A stretch of 64,000 nucleotides of DNA from Podarcis gaigeae (Eukaryota). How positions within the stretch are numbered: position 1 is the stretch's first letter; the number at the start of each line of letters is the position of its first letter. Both the position numbers and the translations under genes were made by a program. This document shows, in pieces, positions 25,653-38,580 of the stretch. The DNA lies in NCBI GenBank assembly GCA_964106915.2, contig OZ066925.1. One strand, given 5' to 3'. Below the pieces are notes generated by a model. It was not told the DNA's origin. It worked only from the letters and a program-made list of their open reading frames with translations, and did not search any database.

Positions 25653-25708
25653 TTTTTCTCTATATACATTGAAGACAAAGGGTTGTCTTCAATGTATATA
25701 GAGAAAAA
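25653..25708. repeat. Perfect 26-bp inverted repeat with 4-nt spacer
   Basis: TTTTTCTCTATATACATTGAAGACAA-AGGG-TTGTCTTCAATGTATATAGAGAAAAA. Confidence 0.95.
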
Positions 25709-28148
25709 AGTGCATACAATTTTGAAAAAACAGTGATTGATATTAAAAGGGCAGCAGTGAAGGACAGAAGTTGAACTAATTTTCATGTGGTTTAATGGTT
25801 CAAACCATGTAGTTAAACTATTTTGTTGGTAGTGAACTGTTTGCATACTATTAAAAACAATAATTGGTTTCACCCTTTTGGAGAAAACTATTTAAATAGC
25901 TATTTATCAACATACTTAAAAACTCTATAAACTCAATATAAATACTGGTTTTAGTCTCCGAGAAGAATGGTGTGAGCCATTACCAGAAGAGGGGGTGTTG
26001 CTCCCTTTTGTTTCTACAGCTAGTTGCTAGGAACATGTTCAGTGTGTAGCATTTCTAAAGTGGTTGATTGCACTTGGAATAGTCTAACACTTTAACCTGA
26101 CCAGGAAGAGGGGATTAGCATTTGGGGGTGGGAAGTCCTGTTCAGTGTTTGCTAATTTGTTACAATCTAGTTTGATCATGAAATGGGATCAATGCAAAGG
26201 GTTCTGCACCCAGGAGCTGGCTTAATTTTCAGTGCCTTTCACTGATGATCTGTGGAACAAAACAGAGGACAAACAAAAAAGTTTTTGCTTTCCCTCAGGT
26301 ATGTACTTCTAGAGGGGAGCTTAAGCCTTTTGAGCAGCAACTATTCTTTTGTAGAGTAAGGAGGGGCATTCAGATACCCTCCAGGAGTGCCTCTCCGACC
26401 AGCAGGAAACAGGGTTAGCTTGCAAAGTTGACTCCACTATTGGAAGGAGCTACCAGGCTGCCATAAGCACCATGGAACCAGTGAAGGCCTTATTTGGTGC
26501 CCCCAGCTTTCATTTTTCAAAAGTACATGTCTCTACCCCTCCTAGGAAAAAATTATAATCAAAGTGTGCAGGTACCCTTCTAAGCACCAGGAATTTCTGT
26601 GAAATGATTAGCCAGTGAGTGAAGTGAGAGCTGTGATTGATAAGTGAGCTGTTTAGACACCAGGCAGTGGGAAAACTTGGGGCTCCAAATAGCTGCTGTC
26701 CCCCTTTAGTGCCCTTTTCCTGCTTCTGTCTTTTATCCTAGTCCTTGGATCCACCCAGCTGCTGCTCTATTTGTTTCACTTTGCTTCCTGCCATCCATAT
26801 AGAGCAGCTGCTTCAGAAACTCTTTGAAAATGTGGGAGAGGAAATCTGGGGATCCTTCCCATTGCTGCTTTGTTTGTTTTGCTGCCTATTGGAATGCAGA
26901 GTGGGTGGCTGCTTGATAGATGCCTCAGTAGAATACTGGGGGGGTGGGGGAAGGTTATGACAACCATTTGTTGTTCCTGCTACGTACCCTACAATGGGGA
27001 TTGTTCCAAAGTTGTTTGGGTGAGGGCAGTGCAGAGGCTTCATATTGATGGTGATAATAATTATCACATTTTCCCTGGTTCTTTTTTATGAGTGAGCAAG
27101 TGCATAAGTATTACTACTACTACCACCAACATCACCTTTTCCCTGCTTGTTCTCAAGTGTTGTTGTTTTGCCAGGGGTGGGACATTTCCAAAGAATCATT
27201 CTCATCATCACCTTTTCCTCTTGCCTGGCACACATCAAGGATTGTTCCCAAGTTGTTTGGGAAAGGGAGTGCTCAGTGCAAAGGCAGAAACACTATTACT
27301 GACATCTCTTCATACACCCCTTATTTCAACATCTACTCTGATGAGTTTTTTAAATAACTTTCCTTTGCATTTTCCTTCCATTTCTATTTGTTGTTGTTGA
27401 TGTTGTTGTTTATTAAATTTGTATACCACCCTCCATCTGACAATCACAGCTTTAAATTTTTGCCTATTCAGGTGTAGTGATTCAGAATTATTCCTGCAGC
27501 ATGTCAGAAGTATTGTATTCTCTGGCACATCAGCATGCTGGGATGCAGTTGTGATGGAGTTCAGGGTGGGAGTGATAGAATTCTTTGATGTTTATCTGTG
27601 TAACTCATTCATTTAAGGGACAAGACATTCCTGTGGCTCTATTAAAAGCAGTCACTATTGACTCTGAGCACTACCATTTTGTCTCACTGCTGCTCCCATG
27701 GTGTTTATGAAGGTTCTGGCCATACCAATAGTGCACCAGAGGATGCAAAGTATTGAAACGTAAAGAAGTATCAAGTGGCTTGAATTAAAGGTGATCATAC
27801 TGATACGTTGGGCTTTTCTAGGCAACATAAAAGGCAAGCAGATCTTGGTAAGGACAAGCAACAACTCAGTGAAGATCTGTCTCAGCAGTCAAGGAGGCAT
27901 GAGATCTATTTCCCATCATAAGAAGCCTGTCCTGGATTGCTCAGAGTAGAACATCTGACTCAAGTGACAAACACGACTGTAGACTGGATAAGCTATGTCG
28001 TCTAATATATTGACTGTTTCTCCCCTTAATTATATTTTATCTTGTGCCCCATTTAATGATGTATGTGTTATCAGAACAAAGCATATTGGTGTTGCAATGA
28101 TTAAAATGGATTTTTAATGTAATCCAAGACTGTAAAGCTACTAATAGG

Positions 28149-28239
28149 CATAGCTGTCAACGTTTCCCTTTTTTAAAAGGGAAATTCCCTTGTTCTGAAT
28201 AGGATTCCTTGCAAGAAAAGGGAAAAGTTGACAGCTATG
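28149..28239. mobile_element. 91-bp MITE with 9-bp TSD
   Basis: TIRs CATAGCTGTCAAC / GTTGACAGCTATG; perfect TSD ACTAATAGG (28140-28148, 28240-28248). Confidence 0.92.
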
Positions 28240-28935
28240 ACTAATAGGTTTTTAGAAACATTCATCGCTGTTGTTGACTTTCTTTGAACCAGTGTGGATG
28301 TCAAATATATGATCTCAGCTGGGAACGTATTTAGATAAAGAATGAGTGTCTTCTGTTGATTCTGCAAGCACTTATTAAAATATCAGTATCTGGGAGTTGG
28401 GGTAATTATCAGTATTTTGGGGGTAGGGATATCAGCAAATTTTGCAAGTCTGTATTACAAATGTGACATTTCCCCATATTTCTGTTCTCAGTGCTTAACA
28501 GAGATCTAGCCTGCTATACCAATATGATGTTTTTGTTTTTTAAAAAAATACATCATTCCTAATTTTCACCAGCAACCCATACACCTTGAAATTGGCACCT
28601 TTTGAATAAAAATAATTTGGTAATGTGATTAGGCCACAATCCTATCTAAAAACATAGGGGGACTTCAAAAGTAAACACAAAACAATGGAGATTAAAAAGA
28701 CGTCAAATTTCACCCCATGTGGCTCCCACATGCCCTTGCATGAGCCTAATCAAATATATATGGAAAACAATTTGGACTTTGAATTTGGTCCTTTAAGATA
28801 TAAGGAAGAAAAACTACTAAGTAACAAAAGTAACAAATGCCCATATGAAGGAGTGTTTGTTACAGATGGGCTACTGGCTAGGCTGATGACAGTAACCCTT
28901 GCTTCTGCTTCTTTTTTTAAATCTCGTAACTACAG

Positions 28936-29106
28936 CTGGTTTCAGGAGGAGTTTCCGTCTCAGCAGAAAAGATAGAAAAACAAACAAGACTATGTATGAA
29001 TGCAAGAAGAGTGATCAGTACGATACAGCAGATGTCCCAACTTACGAAGAAGTAGCAAAGTATAGACGACAGCCCAATGAGAAATACAGACTTGTTGTCT
29101 TGGTTG
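28936..29106 (+). CDS. MPP7: MPP7 exon (HOOK C-part, GK start) [12 protein letters not shown]...TYEEV...YRLVVLV(G)
   Basis: actacag acceptor, gtaagt donor, 171 nt, phase 1-1. Confidence 0.97.
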
Positions 29107-29949
29107 GTAAGTTTTAATTATTTGAATTAGGAACCTAGGTTGTTTAAATAAAGACTAAACTGTTTTGTTTCATGTTATCTTTTTGAACTTTAAAAATCAT
29201 ATGCCAAAGCAACCTGAAATGCTCAAAAGTCTCAAGAGGCTCATGTGGAAGCAGATGTTTCCTGAGGTCCATATATTCAAGTATATTTATAAGGAACCAC
29301 AAGGGCAGGCAGGTACTGTACAAAGATAAAAATGTACATTAGTTGCTCTTTTGCCTCTGGCCTCATCCACCACTGGCATGTAACCCTCAGAAAGCTGATA
29401 GCTGCAAGATTCAGAGGTGCCCCAGCATGTGCCTATATGCATATCTGAGATCAGTAAGCATCCAGCATAAAAGTCTCATGGACTTGTTTCATGTCCACCT
29501 AGCCATATTGGCCAGATTGCATGAATATTCATCATATTTATTCTGGGCCTGAAAGCAAGAAGGATATGAGAAGGCTCTCCTCAGTATGTGAGGCCCAGAA
29601 GCAGAGAGAGTGAACTTCTGTCTTTACAGCTTCCATCATTCTTTTTCCTGGCCTGACAGCCTGTGCATTCACCTGCTGAAAAGATGATTTTCATCCCTTT
29701 TCAGTCACATACATTGTTTTCCCACATGGAAAAGGAGTAGCTGGATGTTTTGCTTATAGCCTTTCTGTAAAGTTTCTCTCCCTATCATGCAGATGTAATG
29801 TGTTTCAGCTCTTAGTTAAGGACTGTGAGCTCCTCTTTGCCGAGCACTTAAAACTTGATTCAGAATCTTGCCCGGTTGGGTGAATTACACTGCAGAGGGG
29901 GAGGCGTTATAAGCTTTATTTGGCTTTATTTTACCTGTCTCAAAAAGAC

Positions 29950-30110
29950 AACATAAGACGAAGCCTCCTGATTCAGGCCAAGGCTCACCTAGTCTAGCAT
30001 CTTGTTCTCACAGTGGCCAACCACATACCTATGGGAAGCCCACAAGCAGGACATGAGTGCAATAGCACTCTCCCAAGTTGTAATTCCTGCCAACTGGTAT
30101 TCCGGTCATA
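29950..30110 (-). mobile_element. CR1-type LINE 3' end
   Basis: aacataaga...gcctcctgattcaggccaagg...ctagtctagcatc...cagtggccaacc is the reverse of a typical squamate CR1 tail. Confidence 0.65.
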
Positions 30111-30288
30111 GTCAACAAATAGTCAACTTGTATTCATAGTCAACAGATGCCTTGAGATGGTTCACAAGACATTTATTTAGCTAGCTAGCTAGCTAGCTCG
30201 CTCGCTCCCCTTTTCCTGTGCTCTTAAATCTCATCACACTGTAGGGATAGCTAATCACAAGCAGATCTGCAGTCATGGTGCAAGACTC

Positions 30289-30289
<1 letters not shown>

Positions 30290-30330
<41 letters not shown>
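30290..30330. repeat. (ATT)n microsatellite
   Basis: Seen directly. Confidence 0.95.
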
Positions 30331-30332
<2 letters not shown>

Positions 30333-30662
30333 AGTGTTTGACACATAGCCACAGCAGATTTCATCAGTTTTGCTTCCGTTTGCTTTAGAGTGCCATTCTA
30401 TTTGACTCCAGGGTAAACTAGTCAGAGTTTTATTATTTGCCAGTAGCCAATAAAAAATACCCACTATTGCATCAATTATGAAGCTAAGGAACATAACTAT
30501 GAAGCAATCAATATACCAAACACTATTTGCTAATGTGTTACATAAACAAGCTACCCTTTTCTTCCAAACAGATTCTTAGTCTTCCTTAACTGTGTTTTAT
30601 CAAAAATAAGTAGGGCCAATGTGGATTAGTAGCTGACTATAGTTGCAGGATAGCCCAATCAG

Positions 30663-30698
30663 TGTTCTGTTCTGTTCTGTTCTGTTCTGTTCTGTTCT
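30663..30698. repeat. (TGTTC)n microsatellite
   Basis: Seen directly, about 7 units. Confidence 0.95.
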
Positions 30699-31837
30699 TG
30701 TGTTGGGTGATTCCTATATTACCTCAGCAGTTAATTCCATCGTATGCTCAGGACTGGTCACTTGCAGAAGCTTAAGATATGGTCCAGAACATAAAATAGG
30801 ATGGGGTTATGGTCTGTGAATCTAGTCAGCAATCTCAACACTTGATAACCAATTTAGAGATCTTACAAAAGCCTTTTAGAAATATTTTCCAATATACTCC
30901 ATTTACAATCCAACAATTGTAGAATGTTCTTGTACTTGTTGCACTACATTTTAGTTTCATTTGCAGTAGTGTATAGGCCAATGTTTCATTAGCAGAATTT
31001 CTTCCATTATAAAAAGTTGCAGACCAGAAGAAATATGACCCTCTATCAGGGACTGTTATGAACTGTAGAACTGCTGTTTTTATATAGCTCATATCCAAGG
31101 GAACACTTAAAATCAGTTTTTAATAAACAGCTTTGTCATTCTCTAACGCACAAGTTCAGGCACCTACTACTGTGAGCGAGAGATTGTGGGTTCTACACAG
31201 CAAGTAATAACATGCTTGAGTTGATTTTACACCTATATCAACAGAGTTCTGTGAAATGTGTGATAAGTAGACTTTTTATAACAAATCACATATGCTGGCT
31301 CTGAGGGATATCTAGAAATTTCGTTTTATTTTGGTGGTACTAAATCAAGTGAAGAAAGTGTGCTTTTACAGTAACAAAAGCAGCTCACAAATTTATTGCA
31401 GACTTCAGTAATTTTGATGTTTTTCTCTTGGTATTAGAAGCAGCATAAGTCTGGCCAATATCATAAAAATGTCTTGGGTAAAATGTGGAAAAACTGGCAC
31501 TGTTAATATAGGTACAGTAGAAATGATCAGATTTAAAAGCGTTGGACATGCTAGTAGCTGCATCCAATACGATGTGTGAAATACAATTTTGATGTTAGTG
31601 CCAGGAAATACAAGGACAAATAATTAAATTTTCACATAATTGGTTGTGGCAAAAATGTTCAGCTATAGTAACTGAAAACACAATTTATTATTGGAGTCTA
31701 TTTAAAAAATAATTGGCTGCCAAGTAGATGTTTCACTTAAACTTACTTAAAATAAATGAATTCTGATTCACAGAATATAAACTTGATGTAGAGTTTAGAC
31801 TATCACTGTTTTGGGATGCGATTCTCCTTTCTATCTA

Positions 31838-33314
31838 CCGTATTTTTCGCTCTATAACACGCACCTGACCATAACACGCACATTGTTTTTAGAGGAGGAA
31901 AACAAGGGAAAAAATATTCTGAATGAAACAGTGGATGTATCATTTTTGTGCTTCATGCTGTGGCCACAGACATGTGATCTGATGGTGAATTTGGGGTGAC
32001 CCAATGCAAAAATCCTGAGAATCCCTGTGGATCCATGCTTTGTAACCACGTTTTTGCACCATTGCAGCCCCAGGCAACAGTGGGTGCGTGATTTTTGGGG
32101 GGCAGGCTGTAGCCATGGACATGCTATGTGCTCTGATGGTGAATTTGGGCTGACCCAATGCAAAAATCCTGAGAATCCCTGTGGATCCATGCTTTGTAAC
32201 CACGTTTTTGCACCATTGCAGCCCCAGGCAACAGTGGGTGCATGATTTTTGGGGGGCAGGCTGTAGCCATGGACATGCTATGTGCTCTGATGGTGAATTT
32301 GGGCTGACCTAATGCAAAGATCCTGAGGATCCATGTAGATCCATGCTTTTTAACCACGTCTTTGCACCATTGCTGCCCCAGGCAACAGTGGGTGCGTGAT
32401 TTTTGGGGGGCAGGCTGTAGCCATGGACATGCTATGTGATCTGATAGTGAATTTGGGGTGACCTAATGCAAAGATCCTGAGGATCCATGTGGATCCATGC
32501 TTTTTAACCACGTTTTTGCACCATTGCAGCCTCAGGCAACAGTGGGTGCGTGATTTTTGGGGGGCAGGCTGCAGCCATGGACATGCTATGTGATCTGATG
32601 GTGAATTTGGGGTGACCTAATGCAAAGATCCTGAGGATCCATGTAGATCCATGCTTTTTAACCACGTTTTTGCACCATTGCAGCCCCAGGCAACAGTGGA
32701 TGCATGATTTTGGGGGGGCAGGCTGTAGCCATGGGCATGCTATGTGATCTGATGGTGAATTTGGGCTGGCCCAATGCAAAGATCCTGAGGATCCATGTGG
32801 ATCCATGCTTTTTAACCACATTTTAAGTGGGGAGGGAAGGAAAAACACAGAACGGACAAGGAGCACGAGAGGGGTGTGCAGAGAAGCAGCTGGCTAAGAA
32901 TGCAGGACAGGGGTATAACGGGAGGGAGGAAAGGAAGGCAAAAGTTTTCCCTCACCTACCCACCCAAGCCAGCCAGCTCGCACGCGCGCGCTCTCTCTCT
33001 CTCCCTCCTGCACGGAGCTTTCCCTTCTGCTTGCCTGGAGGGGAGGGGCTTTCCCTGCTCTTTGTTCCGTTTGAGCAAACACAGCAAGGAAACAGGTGGG
33101 TGGGCAGTAAGACCCTGAGGCAGAATGCAGGAAAGCAGCCACTTCCTCTTTTCAGCTTTGCCTTCTAGGAGAAGCGCGATTTTTGCCTGCTTTTTTTTGC
33201 CTCCCCTTGCACCATTTGGCTCCAGGGACCACACATTCGCTCCATAACACGCACAGACATTTCCCCTTCCTTTTTAGGAGAAAAAATCTGCGTGTTATAG
33301 AAGGAAAAATACGG
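31838..33314. mobile_element. 1.48-kb non-autonomous Tc1/mariner-type element carrying an internal tandem array
   Basis: TIRs CCGTATTTTTCGCTCTATAACACGCA / TGCGTGTTATAGAAGGAAAAATACGG; TA on both sides. Confidence 0.92.
31972..32824. repeat. 154-bp tandem repeat, ~5.5 copies
   Basis: Unit starts (ATGTG(A/C)TCTGAT(G/A)GTGAATTT) at 31972, 32126, 32280, 32434, 32588 and 32742. Confidence 0.96.
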
Positions 33315-33546
33315 TAATCCCAGCTCCCACACTTTTGCTGCCATCTGCCTTTTTTCTCTCTCTTCTACCTAACAGGCCGAGATGGAGGCTCTAACCAGGT
33401 TTGGTTCACCCCAGTAGATAATTTGGATAGTGAATGCTTATTTAGCTGCATTCTAGTCCCTAAAATAAAAGTAGCCATTGTTTTTAGGTAAGTGGGCCCT
33501 GAGCTATGGGGTGGTATGTTAACCCACTGGAGAAAGCACAAGTCTT

Positions 33547-33677
33547 GAGCTTGAGACTCTTAATTTCAAGGTTGTGGGTTTGAGCCCCATGTTGGAAAAG
33601 ATTCCTGCATTGCTGGGGGTTGGGCTAGGTGACCCTTGTGGTCCCTTCCAACTCTAGAAGTCTGTGATTCTATGATT
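33547..33677 (+). mobile_element. tRNA-Lys/CR1 SINE
   Basis: GAGACTCTTAAT...GGGTTTGAGCCCC...GGTCCCTTCCAACTCTA...GATTCTATGATT. Confidence 0.85.
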
Positions 33678-34308
33678 GATTAACTGTTAAGAGTATTGAT
33701 ATTCAGAAGGGCATTGGAACTGATCAGCTGACAAAATAAGGCGAATGCTAGCTGGAATGGTGCTTTGTCTAAGAGACAATCAGAACTCCAAATGCTGCAG
33801 GTCTGAATTTAACATTACTGTACATATCCTGACTGACTTTCAGGGAATCAGAAGGAGTATGGTGGCAGATTAGGCAGAATATGGATCACCAGCATTGGAT
33901 TTACATCTTGCTCTAGTTGTACCTTGGATATAAACCATAAAATAATATCTCCTCAACAAGTATGGAACAAAAGGGGCAAAAGTAATTATTTAAACCTATG
34001 GTGTTTGTGGTAGGCAGCTGGAGATTTTTAATACACAAGGGGGGTACACAGGGAAGGCTGAAATTAACCCCTCAACACTCATTTCCTTTCTGGGAAATGT
34101 GTCGATTGATACTTCAGTGCAAAGGTTTAATCTTGGCATGTTAGGAAAGATGAGCAGTTTGTACAAGAAAAGCATCCATTTGGGTAAGACTTTCTACAGA
34201 ATGTCAGGGGGAAAAGCAGATGAATTTATTTGGGTTATTTTAAATTCTAATATCATAGTCCTGTGGTCCCCGTATGTCACTTTATCCTTAGGTAAGGGAG
34301 AGGTTGGA

Positions 34309-34446
34309 GCAGGAACCAGCAAGCCACTCCAGTATCCCTGCCAAGAAAACTCCATGGACAAAGACAACAGGCATATGTGCCTGGCGTGCTCTGGTCCATG
34401 GGGTCACGAAGAGTCAGACACGACCAAACGACTAAACAACAACAAA
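34309..34446 (+). mobile_element. Short BovB(RTE)-derived element with Bov-A-like structure
   Basis: CCACTCCAGTATCCCTGCCAAGAAAACTCCATGGAC joined to GTCCATGGGGTCACGAAGAGTCAGACACGAC and a (CAA)n tail; imperfect ~15-bp TSD AAGGGAGA(G/A)GT(T/A)GGA. Confidence 0.75.
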
Positions 34447-35636
34447 AAGGGAGAAGTAGGAAATTGTGTAGTATACCTTAATAGAGGATCTTGATTCAGA
34501 GTAGTGGGGGGAGGAGTCTGAAGTAGACCTTTACATGAAAAGTTAAAATGATTGAACCGACTAGTTGTTTAAATATTATGGCTTGGATCCTAATTTTGGG
34601 GTCTGTGAATGGAAGGAAAGTTGGAATCATGGGAGCAGTTCTTCTGTATGCTCAACTCTTTCTGTGAAGCAAAAAAAAGTTTGTATCCAAGCCAATAAAT
34701 TTTACTGAGTTTTATTTCAGATACAGCTGTTCAAACCAAAAATAAAATTAGATGAAGTAAGCTGTTACAGATGCCTTGCCATGGTTGCTGATCATCTAGA
34801 TACTCAAAGCACTGAAGACTGTTCATATAGCATTGATTTCAGTTAAAATTTCTGAAATGGTTGGATTTCAAGGCAAAACAATACAGCAGAGCAACAAAAC
34901 AAGACAACAGTCATTTTCAAACACCTTGAATGTTTCACAAACCTTGTGAGGAAGACCATGAATAAGTGGAAATCAAATATGTTTTCATAACTGTGCAGAG
35001 CTTTGATACTACCTTTATAGAAGGCTTTATTCCTAGTGCTCATGAAAAATCAGTTTTCAACCTACCAGTAACCATTCCATTTCCATAGAGATAAGATTGT
35101 AATTTACTTTCATATAAGTCACTGTTGTCTGGAGATGCATAATTGTAAGAATGGTAATACAAGAACAAAAATCTAATGCTGATAGTTTCACAGTCATTTT
35201 TAATTTTCAGACTGCGCCAACAAATTTTGTTTATATTTTAGACATTCATCTACAGCAATAAATTATAGTTCATGCAAAGCAAAAATGAAACTTGCCATGC
35301 CATTTCTTGCTTAAGTGCACATGGTGTAAATTCAGCAACAGCTTGGCTTTTCTGGAGAATCTATAGTTTGGAAATAATGAAAAGCATTTGGCCTTCAGTA
35401 GTACTTCTTTACTGCACAAATAGGTTGGGGTGCAACTGGTCAAATCTGAATATTTAATAACTGTGATGGGTCTGAATATATTAAACTGTTCAGAAAATTT
35501 ATAAATGGCTCACACCCTGCCCTGGCCCCTTCTATATCAAATTATATAATCTGGAGCTGAGAAGAGAAACGCTTATCACATAAGTGTCTCTTTCAGCTTT
35601 TTCATCTAAGCAGAAGACGGGCTGAACATAATATAC

Positions 35637-35772
35637 CAGGCTTCCTCAACCTCGGCCCTCCAGATGTTTTTGGCCTACAACTCCCATGATCCCTAGCTAG
35701 CAGGACCAGTGGTCAGGGATGATGGGAATTGTAGTCTCAAAACATCTGGAGGGTCGAGTTTGAGGAAGCCTG
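35637..35772. mobile_element. Palindromic hAT-like MITE
   Basis: TIRs CAGGCTTCCTCAA / TTGAGGAAGCCTG; imperfect 8-bp TSD taatatac / aaatacac. Confidence 0.88.
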
Positions 35773-36273
35773 AAATACACCTTTCAATTTTGTGTCTTGT
35801 CTTGAGAAACCTAAGAAGATGAAACAAAGTCACATGAAATTGCTGCCTGTATTCAAAGTACAGTGGATCCTAAATATGTTGGTGGCAAGATGGATATCCA
35901 GTCATGATTCTTGGGTATCTCCAATAATCTCTGCTCTGTCAAATTTGTATTTTTGTATATTTAGTAACTCTGTGTGTATATCATTCTTTGACAAAACTGG
36001 CAGCGGGTTGTTCATTTTCCAGGTAATGTAGAACTGCAGTTCCTGAAGCCCACAGGTCTCAAGAATGAACAACCTGCTGCCTATTTTGCCAGATAATGAT
36101 ATACACAGAGAGTTACTTGATGTAAGGACAATCTCTTTATCTCTGCCTAGAGAATGCGGATGGTGCTGAAGTTACACATCTTGTTCTGGCCTTGTGTCTT
36201 TTAAATTTCACATCATAATGTGTTGCATGATTGAAATAGTAATCAAAGGATAATTGATTACAATGCATTTTAA

Positions 36274-36366
<93 letters not shown>

Positions 36367-37569
36367 TGACAATCAGTTCTGTATAAAGTTCAGTTTTACT
36401 TAATCTGAACATGTGAACATGTTTGAACATATAGGGTATGCCTTTTAGGAGTGCTCAGCTTGAATAAGAATGTAAAGGCTGTGCTTTTTTCTTGCTGTCG
36501 CTAAACACTTTAGAAAATAAGAGCTCTCAGTTAAAATCTCTGTGAGAGATGGGGTGGGTACTCTTCCAGCATTGTGGAGCTTTGTCCAACCTGTAGAAGT
36601 TGTGCCACAAATGGCACAGAGAGTAGGGATTTGTGGCCCTACAGGACAGAATTGGAGTGGCCCAGGGGCCTGTTACACCATAGTCAGGTTTGCACTCCCA
36701 TCTGCACCTTTAATGCTGACTTGGTGCTTCCACATCACTTCCCAACTTGCTAGAGTAGAGAAAAAACCATTCCAAGGGATGGCTAGAACTGATCCATATT
36801 TGATATCCTTGCTGTGTTAACAAATTTGAGCAAGCCACCCATTTTCTGAGTGTTTGTGCAGCTGACTGACAGGAATGAGTACTTTAATTATTTTAGGGGT
36901 AGGGAGGGAGCATGTAGGCTTAAGGCTCAAAACAAGCCTTGTTGCATCTGAGCAAGTCCTGAATCTGCTCTAACTGTTGAGAAAATCTAAAATAAAGTTA
37001 TCTGTAGTGACAAATGAAACACTGAATTCAGTAGCGCAGGAAGTAAATAAAGAAATATTAAAGCAGGGAAAAGCACTTGTTTTCATTATAACTTGAAAGC
37101 TTATTGAAACACTCACAAAATTTTATGAATGAAATGTGTGTGGTACAGCACATGTGTAATACCAATGCTTTAATGTGACTGTTTTTATTGGATATATTGC
37201 TCAGATGTTACAAAAAGAATAAGCAGTATTGGCACAAAGTCTTGCAAGCATCCTGATTTTTAGGATAATTTATTTTCAGGAATTGCAACAAAGATAATAT
37301 CATATCAACTTGAAGGATGTCCAAAAACTGAATTGATTCTGTGCCATGAGATCAATAATGGTTCTTGGACACGCATGCTTTCTCATATGTCCTTTTGAAT
37401 ATTGAAACTTTGGGAACACTTCTGTATGTTATGAAGGAAACATGAATGAGGAGAGAATACATGGAACCTAAGCCAATTCCTGATCTTGGTTAGAGGAGGA
37501 AGGAGCTTTTGTGTTTAATCCACCACCACCACTCACATTGCAACAATGTCTTGGTAATTAACATCAAGC

Positions 37570-37704
37570 TGATAGCATGAGACTCTTAATCTCAGGATCA
37601 GGGGTTTGAGTTCCACATTGTGCAAAAGATTCTTGCATTGCTGGGGGTTGGACTAGATGACCCTCGTGGTCCCTTCCAGCTCTACAATTCGATGATTCTG
37701 TGAT
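37570..37704 (+). mobile_element. tRNA-Lys/CR1 SINE
   Basis: GCATGAGACTCTTAATCTCAGG...GGTTGGACTAGATGACCCTCGTGGTCCCTTCC...GATTCT. Confidence 0.85.
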
Positions 37705-37787
37705 CAAACAGAAAAGACTTCTGTTGGTTTTCTGGTTTTGTTTGTTCATTTGTAAACTGTTTCTTATTTCTTTCCCAATAAAACCAG

Positions 37788-37881
37788 ACACAACAAGACC
37801 AAGAAGAAGCCAAGAAAGTGATGGCGTTGAGTACATCTTTATTTCCAAGCACTTGTTTGAGACAGATGTACAGAACAACAA
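37788..37881 (+). CDS. MPP7: MPP7 exon (GK) [30 protein letters not shown](K)
   Basis: aaccag acceptor, gtatgt donor, 94 nt, phase 1-2. Confidence 0.97.
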
Positions 37882-38520
37882 GTATGTGGGAAAGCAAGAA
37901 CTTTTGTCATAACAATGGTTTTTTGTCATTTTGTGGCTAGACATCAATTTATAAATTGAAGGTGCTTCCTCTTCTAAATATTCAGATTAGAACAAACTTG
38001 ATTTGAATTGGGGGGGGGGGGCAGCAATGTGTATTCAGTTTCTCTTAAATATCTGCTTACTTCCCTACCTGTGATCTGTTGGCTTGCCTGAACCACTTAT
38101 TTGCACATTAACTGACAACTGCTGACCACTAATGGAAAAAATTAATTACCACTAATGGGAACAATACAATTACATATACTGTTGCCCTCAACTGTGATTA
38201 CAATCCATATGAACATAGTAGCAGTTCTAGACAGCAGATCTCCTGTTCTGGGTTTGAGACCTCTTCTGAAATGTCCAGGACAGATGTCAGAAGTTTTAAC
38301 TCTTTTTATTAACTTCAAAAGTGACTTCTGTATACAGCACCAGCAAAGTCCTGCTCCTGTGCTGAGGGTATGGGTGGGAGGAAGAGGGAAGGGCCTCACT
38401 GACTCTCAAGTTTGCAAACTTGTTCACTATTAAGCTGATGCAGTGTTACATAATATAATGTTACACTCCTCCCCAAAAAACATTTTGTAGTCTTTTTATA
38501 TAAGAAGTTACATTGAACAA

Positions 38521-38580
38521 TTGGACTAGATGACACTCATGGTCCCTTCCAACTCTATAATTCTGTAATTCTATGATTCT
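38521..38580 (+). mobile_element. CR1/SINE 3' tail fragment
   Basis: TTGGACTAGATGAC...GGTCCCTTCCAACTCTAT...ATTCTATGATTCT. Confidence 0.75.

Noticed and set aside
31972-32824. CRISPR-like periodic array, or repeat-protein ORFs (31852..32866)
   Set aside because: Units are contiguous near-identical 154-mers with no unique spacers, in a vertebrate intron. The ORFs arise from the repeat, whose length is not a multiple of 3.
32960-33260. CpG/GC-rich patch as an internal promoter
   Set aside because: It lies entirely inside the TIR-bounded transposon and is better explained as young TE sequence.
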